Shown: positions 6,893 to 14,360 of the stretch, one piece after another | Numbering within the stretch: the first letter of the stretch is position 1 | How the letters are laid out: the number at the start of each line of letters is the position of its first letter | DNA from: Candidatus Bathyarchaeota archaeon | GTDB lineage: Archaea; Thermoproteota; Bathyarchaeia; Bathyarchaeales; Bathyarchaeaceae | Reading direction: 5' to 3' | DNA length: 20,000 bases | Assembly (NCBI GenBank): GCA_029879825.1 | Contig: JAOUPL010000010.1 | Span: forward strand, 996-20,995 | Notes under the pieces: model-generated | The model's database searches: none | The model's input: the letters and a program-made list of their open reading frames with translations, nothing else | What the model was told of the DNA's origin: nothing | Position numbers and translations under genes: made by a program

Positions 6893-8583
6893 CAGAACTC
6901 ATCGTCAAGAACGGAATCGTTTACGACCCCATGAACCGCATAAACGGAGAAAAAATGGACATCGCCATCAAAGATGGAAAAATTGTTGAAAAAGTTGACG
7001 AGAAAAAGGCTGAAGTCGTCGATGCTTCACGGATGATAGTGATGCCAGGCGGAGTTGACATCCATTGCCACATAGCTGGTGCTGAAGTGAATTCTGGTCG
7101 CATTTTACGACCTGAAGATCACTTTAAGGACGTAGAAGCTAAAACGGCTTTAACCAGGTCTGGCGTAGGTTACTCCATTCCCTCGACTTTTACAACGGGC
7201 TACCGTTATTCAAGAATGGGCTACACGACAGTTATGAACCCTTCCATGCCTCCTCTCGAAGCTCGCCACACCCATGAAGAACTTGACGACACGCCAATGG
7301 TTGACAAGGCTACCTACCCCCTGCTGGGAGATTGGTGGTTTGTGCTGGAACACTTGCGAGACGGTCTATTAGAAGAGTGCGCTGCCCACGTAGCTTGGAT
7401 GATGTCTGCTACAAAGGGATACGCCATAAAAATCGTTAATCCAGGCGGCTTGGAAGCCTGGGGCTTCGGCCGAAACGTCAAAAACCTCGACGACCCTGTT
7501 CGATACTTCAACATAACTCCAAGAGAAATCCTTCGCGGATTGTGCAGAGTAAACAAGCTCCTTAACATGCCTCACACAATTCACGTGCACACAAACAATC
7601 TTGGACAGCCGGGAAACTACCTGACAACCTTGGAGACTATGAAGTGTGTAGAAGACTTGGCGGAAGAAGGTCATCCTGCTATACACATCACCCACTGCCA
7701 ATTCAGCGCCTTTAAAGGCTCAGACTGGGGAACGATGAGTTCTGGAGCAGAAGAAATCGCGAAATACGTCAACCACCACAGTCATGTAACCCTCGACATG
7801 GGACAGGTAATATTCACCGATACAACTACCATGACTGCTGACGGCCCGTTTCAATACGGTCTTTATCAGCTTAGCGGAAACAAATGGGTCAACCACGATG
7901 TAGAAACGGAGACGAGTGCTGGCATCGTACCTTTCCGATATAAACGCAAAAGCGCTGTTCATGCAACTCAATGGTCAATTGCACTTGAACTCGCCCTTCT
8001 AATCAAGGACCCATGGAAAATCTACATGACAACTGACCATCCAAACGGCGGGCCCTTCACAGCCTACCCACACATTATTGCATGGCTCATGAGTGGAGTT
8101 GCAAGGAAAAAAACGATGAGTAAAATCAGCAAGCGGGCGAGAAGAAAAAGTTTGCTTCCAAGTATCGCCAGAGAACTAGGCTTCTACGAGATAGCTATTG
8201 TTACCCGTGCAGGTCAAGCAAAGGCCCTCGGCCTAAAGCAGAAGGGCCATCTTGGAGTAGGAGCGGATGCTGACGTTGCGGTATATGATATAAACCCAGA
8301 ACTGGTTGATCCTTCCAAAAAATATAAGACTGCCAGAAGGGCTTTCAAAAGAGCTGCTTACACTATTAAAGGCGGCGAAATTGTTGTGAAGGATGGGCAG
8401 ATTGTAAGGCCTGTTTTTGGAAAAACCTTTTGGGTTGACGTAAAAACTTCGCTACCAATAGAAGTCAACGATGATATAAAACGAAAATTCCGAGAATATT
8501 GGACCGTGGAATACGAAAACTATCCCATCCCTGACCGTTTCTTACATGTTCCCGCTCCGATCCCGGTTAAGGCGGAGGTTTGA
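6889..8583 (+). CDS. fwdA: Formylmethanofuran dehydrogenase subunit A (amidohydrolase, binuclear metal centre)
   Basis: It has MPGGVDIHCHIAG (HxH at 7063-7071) and an amidohydrolase fold throughout. The first ATG is at 6931. However, the conserved FwdA N-terminus TELIVKNGIVYDP is encoded in frame upstream of that ATG. AAGGAG at 6874-6879 sits about 9 nt before CTG 6889, so I extended the start. The 5' end is uncertain between 6889 and 6931. Confidence 0.88.
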   Translation: MTELIVKNGIVYDPMNRINGEKMDIAIKDGKIVEKVDEKKAEVVDASRMIVMPGGVDIHCHIAGAEVNSGRILRPEDHFKDVEAKTALTRSGVGYSIPSTFTTGYRYSRMGYTTVMNPSMPPLEARHTHEELDDTPMVDKATYPLLGDWWFVLEHLRDGLLEECAAHVAWMMSATKGYAIKIVNPGGLEAWGFGRNVKNLDDPVRYFNITPREILRGLCRVNKLLNMPHTIHVHTNNLGQPGNYLTTLETMKCVEDLAEEGHPAIHITHCQFSAFKGSDWGTMSSGAEEIAKYVNHHSHVTLDMGQVIFTDTTTMTADGPFQYGLYQLSGNKWVNHDVETETSAGIVPFRYKRKSAVHATQWSIALELALLIKDPWKIYMTTDHPNGGPFTAYPHIIAWLMSGVARKKTMSKISKRARRKSLLPSIARELGFYEIAIVTRAGQAKALGLKQKGHLGVGADADVAVYDINPELVDPSKKYKTARRAFKRAAYTIKGGEIVVKDGQIVRPVFGKTFWVDVKTSLPIEVNDDIKRKFREYWTVEYENYPIPDRFLHVPAPIPVKAEV

Positions 8584-8587
8584 AATC

Positions 8588-9406
8588 TTGATCACATTGT
8601 ATCCGAAACGCTTGTTCAAAGTGCCCGTAGAGGCAGAGTGTATTTGTCCTGACGTTTTCGCCGAAAAATCAGCTAAAGAGATAGCTACGTTACAGATTTG
8701 GGAAGGAAACCGAAAACGAACCCTCGGCGACCTTTTCAAGATAAAACATGAAACGGATTCCCCAACAGAAGAATTCACCATAAGGATTTGCGGAGATGTC
8801 AGCAAGGTTCGAAAAATCGGTGCAAAAATGTCCATGGGCAACATAATTGTTGAAGGTGACGCTGACATGCATCTCGGCGAAGAGATGAAGGGAGGCATTA
8901 TCACCGTTACTGGCAACGCAGATTCGTGGACCGGGTCCATGATGAAAAATGGAACCATCGAAATCAAGGGAAACGCTGGCGACTACATTGGAGCATCCTA
9001 CCGTGGAAGCACCCAAGGAATGAGCGGAGGAAAGATCATCATACACGGAAACGCCGGATACGAAGTCGGATGCTTCATGAGGAAAGGGCTCATCAAAGTA
9101 CATGGAGATATTGGACGGTTTGCTGGCATCCACATGAGAGACGGAACGATATTTATTCAAGGAAACTCGGAAGGAAGAGCTGGCGCTCAAATGATCAACG
9201 GAAAAATCGTGGTATGCGGCTACATTCCATCCATACTTCCCACCTTCACCATCGACGACATTAGACCGAAAGTCAAAGTGAACGAAGAAAACGTCGAAGG
9301 CCCCTTTTACAGATTTGTCGGCGATCTAGCAGATGGAGGCGACGGAAAATTATTTGTTTCCAAAACCAAAAACCCACATTTAAGTTCCTATGAAGAATAT
9401 TTGTGA
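8588..9406 (+). CDS. fwdC: Formylmethanofuran dehydrogenase subunit C (GXGXG beta-helix)
   Basis: It contains repeated G.A....G..M.GG.I.V.GNAG turns and a typical N-terminus, ITLYPK..FKVPVEAECICPDVF. GGAGGT at 8575-8580 lies 7 nt before TTG 8588. The ORF-track start at ATG 8546 would overlap fwdA by 38 nt and add a non-conserved Arg-rich leader. Confidence 0.87.
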   Translation: MITLYPKRLFKVPVEAECICPDVFAEKSAKEIATLQIWEGNRKRTLGDLFKIKHETDSPTEEFTIRICGDVSKVRKIGAKMSMGNIIVEGDADMHLGEEMKGGIITVTGNADSWTGSMMKNGTIEIKGNAGDYIGASYRGSTQGMSGGKIIIHGNAGYEVGCFMRKGLIKVHGDIGRFAGIHMRDGTIFIQGNSEGRAGAQMINGKIVVCGYIPSILPTFTIDDIRPKVKVNEENVEGPFYRFVGDLADGGDGKLFVSKTKNPHLSSYEEYL

Positions 9407-9436
9407 TACAGCCCATGACGCATCATTGGTATCAAA

Positions 9437-10423
9437 ATGGAGGAAAAGATACTGCCAACACCAAGACTAAGCGTGAACCGTTCCGCGTGGATCCTTGCAA
9501 AAAAACTATGCGATAAAGCCGAAGAGTTTGGGGTTGTTGTCAAAGAAACAAAGTCAGGCACAACTTTGATCGATGCCGGAATTGAAGCGAAAGGAGGACT
9601 TCTTGCAGGCAGAATCATAACAGAAATCTGCCTCGGCGGCTATGGCAAGGCAAAGATTGTCTACAAGCAATACAAAAAGCTCCAACTTCCATCAATCTTC
9701 GTTTACACTGATCATCCTGCCATAGCAACGTTGGGGTCCCAGTTTGCCGGATGGCAGCTCAAAGTTGACAAATACACTGCCATAGCATCTGGTCCAGCGC
9801 GGGCGTTAGCTCTAAAGCCCAGAGAACTCTACGAAAGGATACAGTATAGTGACAAATCAGACGTGGCCGTGCTCGTACTTGAAACTGCCAAAAAACCGCC
9901 CGAAGAAGTGATAAGAAAGATTTCTGATGAATGCAAAGTCGAACCAGATCACTTATCTGTAATTTTAGTGCCCACTTCGACCGTGGCTGGATCCGCACAA
10001 ATCTCTGGAAGAATTGTGGAAACGGGAATGCATAAACTGATGGAACTGGGGTTTGATCCAAGACTGGTTACACACGCCTGTGGATACGCGCCCATAGCAC
10101 CGGTGCATCCCAAGTTTGCCCAAGCCATGGGGAGAACAAACGATGCAATAATGTATGCTGGAATCACATTTTACACCGCAAACTATGACGACGACGAAGA
10201 GTTGCGAAAACTTGTAGAGAAAGCACCATCTTCAGCCTCCAAAAGCTACGGAAAACCCTTCATAGAAATCTTCAAAGAAGCCGATTATGACTTCTATAAA
10301 ATTGACCCCGGTCTATTCGCTCCAGCGGTCTTCATGGTTAACAATGCTAAAACAGGTAGCACTTTTGAAGCTGGAAAAATTGATGTGGAAGTATTTAAGC
10401 GATCAATAGGACTCCAAACCTAA
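9437..10423 (+). CDS. mch: Methenyltetrahydromethanopterin cyclohydrolase
   Basis: The 328-aa product carries Mch hallmark blocks: TEICLGGYG, LGSQFAGWQ, ASGPARALA, AGSAQISGRIVETGMHKL and MGRTNDAIMYAG. Confidence 0.92.
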   Translation: MEEKILPTPRLSVNRSAWILAKKLCDKAEEFGVVVKETKSGTTLIDAGIEAKGGLLAGRIITEICLGGYGKAKIVYKQYKKLQLPSIFVYTDHPAIATLGSQFAGWQLKVDKYTAIASGPARALALKPRELYERIQYSDKSDVAVLVLETAKKPPEEVIRKISDECKVEPDHLSVILVPTSTVAGSAQISGRIVETGMHKLMELGFDPRLVTHACGYAPIAPVHPKFAQAMGRTNDAIMYAGITFYTANYDDDEELRKLVEKAPSSASKSYGKPFIEIFKEADYDFYKIDPGLFAPAVFMVNNAKTGSTFEAGKIDVEVFKRSIGLQT

Positions 10424-10447
10424 CTCCCATCTTACCTGGTTTTCGTT

Positions 10448-10861
10448 ATGCATGAAGAAAAAGTGGTTAGAAAGGTTATACTTGGGTCACTGAAAGGAAA
10501 CACGCAAGGTTTAGGAAAAGACATTGTGGCGGCAACCCTTAGGGCGGCAGGATTTCAAGTATTAGATTTGGGGGTAGACGTTTCACCTGAAAGATTTGTA
10601 GATGCAGCTGGCCGAGAGAAGGCAAAGATAATCGGCATCTCCATTTCAGTGAATGAAACGGTTCCTTTCCTAAGAGACGTTATCAACAATTTGAAGCAGA
10701 AGAACCTGAGGGATAAGGTTAGAATTGTTGTTGGAGGGCAAGCTGTTTCCGAACAAACCTGCAAGGAATATGAGGTTGATGCCTATGCCAAGGATGCTGA
10801 TGACTGCGTCAAAAAAGTTAGGTATTTACTTAAACTTCAAGAAACAACGCAGAAAACGTAA
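10448..10861 (+). CDS. Stand-alone cobalamin(B12)-binding-domain-like protein lacking the DxHxxG ligand motif
   Basis: This is a 137-aa Rossmann-like domain. Its pattern LGSLKGNTQGLGKDIV...GFQVLDLGVDV...IIGISIS...RIVVGGQA...AYAKDA is collinear with the MetH/MtaC B12-binding domain. However, GDxHDxGK is replaced by GNTQGLGK. The gene begins 24 nt after mch. Confidence 0.65.
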   Translation: MHEEKVVRKVILGSLKGNTQGLGKDIVAATLRAAGFQVLDLGVDVSPERFVDAAGREKAKIIGISISVNETVPFLRDVINNLKQKNLRDKVRIVVGGQAVSEQTCKEYEVDAYAKDADDCVKKVRYLLKLQETTQKT

Positions 10862-10887
10862 CTCAACAAAAATGTTAACAGCCCTTC

Positions 10888-11286
10888 TTACTCCACCCAC
10901 ACAATGAGTTCGATCTCCGTTCCATCCTTGAGCCCAAGTGTCTCCCGTAGATTGACCGGAGCCAGTACCTCCAAGAGATCATGTGGATATTTTGGGATGT
11001 CAGGCACCACTACAGCTCCCAACAGTTTTTCCATTATTAGAGCCTTAAAGCACCGTCCCTCGTGGAAGCCTTCTGGAGACTTGATCTTGATGCCCTTCGT
11101 TGCGTTTCTCAGTTCCTCAACATCTGTTCCCGATGACAGCTTCAGGTTCAAAGTCCCCGGGTAGGGGTTAAACCCAAGCTTATCTTTAAACTGCTTCTTT
11201 GCCCACGGAAGGTTGACGAAGAGACTTCCTGTTCCTCCCCCGCTGAAAACCCTCCCTTTCAGAGTTATTTTTTTCACCCGAGCCAC
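10888..11286 (-). CDS. ribK: CTP-dependent riboflavin kinase, archaeal type (no N-terminal HTH)
   Basis: GRVFSGGGTGSLF...GFNPYPGTLNLKL matches the MJ0056-type riboflavin kinase barrel. The GTG start at 11286 is preceded by GGGAGG (complement of 11291-11296). Confidence 0.8.
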   Translation of the reverse strand: MARVKKITLKGRVFSGGGTGSLFVNLPWAKKQFKDKLGFNPYPGTLNLKLSSGTDVEELRNATKGIKIKSPEGFHEGRCFKALIMEKLLGAVVVPDIPKYPHDLLEVLAPVNLRETLGLKDGTEIELIVWVE

Positions 11287-11399
11287 TTTTCCTCCCTTAC
11301 GAAATGTATCTCCAACAATACTCGCGTGAACATTCCACGTTTTGTGTTAGTTTAATGGTTTGCATTAATAAATTACTGGGAGCTTGGATTATTTCGTTT

Positions 11400-11975
11400 T
11401 TAGCGTTGACTCCATCCTTCAGTACTCGTGCCGAAACTAACGGCTCTTGATACAAAGTAGCCAAGAGGGATGGTGTATAGGACAATAGTGGCGTTAAATA
11501 ATGCTATGGCCGGAAGCATTGCCGTTAATGCTTCTACGGGAATGCTGAACCCAATGGGATAAGGATACCGAAGGAAGACTAAGTTCACAATCGACATAAC
11601 TCCTACTCTAGCAATGCTTCCAAGCACTGTGGAGAAGGCGGTCAGTATAGTCTCCTGTCGCCTACTGAAACGTTCAGCGACGAACCTGTGTATGATATAA
11701 ATGCCGAGTAGCATACTCAAGACCGCTGCAAGATTGTAAAGCGGACCTATGGGAAGGTCTCCTGGATATACAACCAGCAGTATAATGGTGTTTATGGTTG
11801 ATGTTGCGACTCCTACCAGAGGGCCATAGAGTAGAAATGCGGTAACTATTGGTATCTCCCATATCTGGTATTTGAGGAACGGGGCATATGGCGCTGGAAA
11901 CTTAGCAGGCGACAGGACAAGAGCAACTGAGAGTGCAGTGAATATGGCAATAGCAGCGATTTTTTTGGATTCCAT
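11400..11975 (-). CDS. ECF-transporter S-component-like integral membrane protein (substrate unknown; flavin suggested by context)
   Basis: The 191-aa product is very hydrophobic, with about 5-6 predicted TM helices. Its size and Gly/Pro-punctuated helix pattern are typical of energy-coupling-factor S components. It lies directly upstream of ribK on the same strand. Confidence 0.45.
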   Translation of the reverse strand: MESKKIAAIAIFTALSVALVLSPAKFPAPYAPFLKYQIWEIPIVTAFLLYGPLVGVATSTINTIILLVVYPGDLPIGPLYNLAAVLSMLLGIYIIHRFVAERFSRRQETILTAFSTVLGSIARVGVMSIVNLVFLRYPYPIGFSIPVEALTAMLPAIALFNATIVLYTIPLGYFVSRAVSFGTSTEGWSQR

Positions 11976-12119
11976 CCATATTCACCATCTAAAGTTCACA
12001 GCGTTTCACGTAGTTGGCTAATTATTTAAGAGTAACTACTCAAAAATGTGTTGACTAGCGCTCCGATGGATGTGAAAATAAATAAACAAAGCAATTGTAG
12101 AATTGACGGAAGGGATCAT

Positions 12120-12743
12120 ATGTCGCCAAACCTCCTCAACGTATTCAGAAGTAGACGCAGCATCAAAGAATATTCACCTAAAAAAGTTTCAAACGAAGTT
12201 CTTTTCAGAATTCTAGAAGCAAGCAGATGGGCTCCGTCAGCTCATAATGCACAGCCTTGGCGTTTCATAGTGATCCAAGATTCTGCCCTGAAACAGAAAC
12301 TTGCTAAGGCCATGGCGAGTCGCTGGCACAGAGATATGAGCAAAAATGGGGTGTCAAAAGAACAGCGCGAAAGTCTCATAAAAGCTTCTGTTGAACGATT
12401 CGAAAATGCACCTATCATCATCATTGCATGTTTGACCATGGAAAACATGGATGAATATCCGGATCACCGAAGGAAGAGAATTGAGTATGTTATGGCGGTT
12501 CAAAGTGTTGCGGCGGCTATTGAGAATATACTTTTAGCTGCTTACGGTGAAGGGTTAGGTTCATGCTGGTTTTGCGCACCGCTGTTCTGTCAAGACGTAG
12601 TTAGAAAGATTATGAAAATCCCTCAGCATGTTGATCCCCAAGCGTTGATAACTTTGGGATATCCAGCTAACAGACCGAATCCGCCATCCAGAAAACCCTT
12701 AGAAGAAATTGTACATCAAAATCGTTGGAGGCATACAGCATGA
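12120..12743 (+). CDS. Nitroreductase-superfamily protein resembling the FbiB C-terminal (dehydro-F420-0 reductase) domain
   Basis: RSRRSIKEY...APSAHNAQPWRF is the nitroreductase FMN-binding signature. The blocks RWHRDMSKNG...APIIIIAC...YPDHRR...GLGSCW...ITLGYP look collinear with my recollection of the FbiB C-terminal domain. The stop overlaps the cofD start (ATGA at 12740-12743). I placed the start at ATG 12120. Starts at 12048 or 12066 would add a non-conserved leader. Confidence 0.7.
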   Translation: MSPNLLNVFRSRRSIKEYSPKKVSNEVLFRILEASRWAPSAHNAQPWRFIVIQDSALKQKLAKAMASRWHRDMSKNGVSKEQRESLIKASVERFENAPIIIIACLTMENMDEYPDHRRKRIEYVMAVQSVAAAIENILLAAYGEGLGSCWFCAPLFCQDVVRKIMKIPQHVDPQALITLGYPANRPNPPSRKPLEEIVHQNRWRHTA

Positions 12744-13669
12744 TCACGGTCCTTGCAGGAGGTGTTGGAGCCGCAAGGTTTCTTCAGGGATTGGTGAACG
12801 TCGTTCCTGAAAAAGATTTAACCGTCATAGTTAACACGGGTGACGACATTGAACTCTATGGTTTACACATTTCCCCAGACCTCGACATAATCATGTACAC
12901 CTTAGCAGGCATTGTTGACGAAGAAAAGGGCTGGGGAATTCGAGGAGACACCTTCCGTTGCCTCGACATGCTGAAAAGATATGGACATAAACCATGGTTT
13001 AATTTGGGTGACAAAGACTTCGCCACCCACATCTATAGGACTCACCTTTTGAAAGGAGGACTCTCTCTTTCCGAGGTCACCAAGAGACTTTGTCAAAAGT
13101 TAGGGTTGGAACTGAAGATTCTGCCAATGACCAACGACAGGTTCGAAACAAAAGTTGTGACAGCTACGGGCACTATACACTTTCAAGAATACTTCGTGAA
13201 AAGGAAGGCCCAAGATGAGGTAATTGATGTAACGTTTGAAGGAGTCGAAAAAGCGCGACCAGCTCCTGGGGTCGTTGATTCAATCTTAAGCTCAGATGCT
13301 ATCATCGTATGTCCCAGCAACCCCATCGTCAGCATAGGCACCATTCTCTCTGTAAAAGGCATCAAAAGTGCGTTGGAAGAAACTGAAGTGAAGGTGGCGG
13401 CAATAAGTCCCATAGTCGGAGGCTCTCCAATTAAAGGTCCTGCCGATAAGCTAATGCGAGGCTTGGGATTAGATGTTTCTGCTTATGCTGTCGCAGATCT
13501 CTATCGAACTTTCCTTGACACATTTGTCATCGATCAAGTGGATCGAGCTGAAAAGGAGCGAATAGAAGGGCTTGGATTAAATGTGGTTACAACAAACACC
13601 ATCATGAGAGACCTGAACGATAAGGTTCAATTAGCTAGAGTTACTTTAAGGTCTGTCGGAGTGAGATGA
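12740..13669 (+). CDS. cofD: 2-phospho-L-lactate (or EPPG) transferase CofD/FbiA
   Basis: MITVLAGGVGAARFLQGL...VIVNTGDD...GLHISPDLD...YTLAG...GWG..GDTF...LGDKDFATH is the classic CofD sequence. ATG 12740 overlaps the upstream stop. Confidence 0.92.
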   Translation: MITVLAGGVGAARFLQGLVNVVPEKDLTVIVNTGDDIELYGLHISPDLDIIMYTLAGIVDEEKGWGIRGDTFRCLDMLKRYGHKPWFNLGDKDFATHIYRTHLLKGGLSLSEVTKRLCQKLGLELKILPMTNDRFETKVVTATGTIHFQEYFVKRKAQDEVIDVTFEGVEKARPAPGVVDSILSSDAIIVCPSNPIVSIGTILSVKGIKSALEETEVKVAAISPIVGGSPIKGPADKLMRGLGLDVSAYAVADLYRTFLDTFVIDQVDRAEKERIEGLGLNVVTTNTIMRDLNDKVQLARVTLRSVGVR

Positions 13670-14346
13670 CCAAAGACCACATGGCTGTTTTCGTAATTAT
13701 TCCGGTCAAAGGGTTGGACGATGCAAAAAGTAGGCTTTCATCCCTTTTAGCCGACGACGAAAGAAAGCAGTTTTGTCTCAAAATGTTGGAAGACGTGTTA
13801 AGAACCGTAAAGTCTACAAAACAACCTCATGAAACGGTTGTGGTCAGTAAGGATCCAATGATGTCAAAGATTGCGAAAAACTTTGATGCTGCGTATCTCA
13901 AGGAGAGAAAAAGGGGGTTGAACAAGACGGTTTCCGAGGCAATTGACTGGTGTGTCGAGAGGGGAGCCGCATCTGTCCTCGTTCTTCCCGCTGATATCCC
14001 CTTAGTCGAGCCTACTGATTTGAACAGAATGTTTATTTTAGGGGAAAAGGCTTCAATGGTTGTTTCTCCTTCCAAGGATGGAAAAGGAACTAATGCGTTG
14101 TTGCTTACTCCACCCAATGTCAGTCCGACGTTTTATGGACCACATAGCTTTCAACGGCACATCAAAGAAGCCTCAAAACTGAAAATAAGGTTCCGCAGAT
14201 ATAGGTCCCCGAGGATAGCCTTGGACATCGACACAGTTGAGGACCTAACATATTTTATTTCACTAAAGGCGAAGGATACTTCTGCCTACAAATTACTAGA
14301 AAAAATAGGAGTCACTACCAAACTTGAAAAGATTTTAATGGGTTAA
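13666..14346 (+). CDS. cofC: 2-phospho-L-lactate / phosphoenolpyruvate guanylyltransferase CofC/FbiD
   Basis: VIIPVKGLDDAKSRLSSLL...GLNKTV...LPADIPL...GKGTNALLL...FYGPHSFQRH is the CofC pattern. ATG 13666 overlaps the cofD stop (ATGA). Confidence 0.88.
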   Translation: MTKDHMAVFVIIPVKGLDDAKSRLSSLLADDERKQFCLKMLEDVLRTVKSTKQPHETVVVSKDPMMSKIAKNFDAAYLKERKRGLNKTVSEAIDWCVERGAASVLVLPADIPLVEPTDLNRMFILGEKASMVVSPSKDGKGTNALLLTPPNVSPTFYGPHSFQRHIKEASKLKIRFRRYRSPRIALDIDTVEDLTYFISLKAKDTSAYKLLEKIGVTTKLEKILMG

Positions 14347-14360
14347 CTTGATCGTTTAAG

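Noticed and set aside
8546-8587. Upstream starts offered by the ORF track for fwdC (8546), the nitroreductase (12048) and cofD (12725).
   Set aside because: Each adds a non-conserved extension and ignores a better-placed signal. These signals are SD plus TTG 8588 for fwdC, the family-typical N-terminus at 12120 for the nitroreductase, and the ATGA coupling at 12740 for cofD. The coordinates remain uncertain by these amounts.
8542-9190. Two long minus-strand ORFs (141 aa and 166 aa) inside fwdC, plus a 112-aa alternative plus-frame ORF at 8926-9264.
   Set aside because: The periodic Gly-rich codons of the FwdC beta-helix keep other frames open. The FwdC frame is the only one with family motifs.
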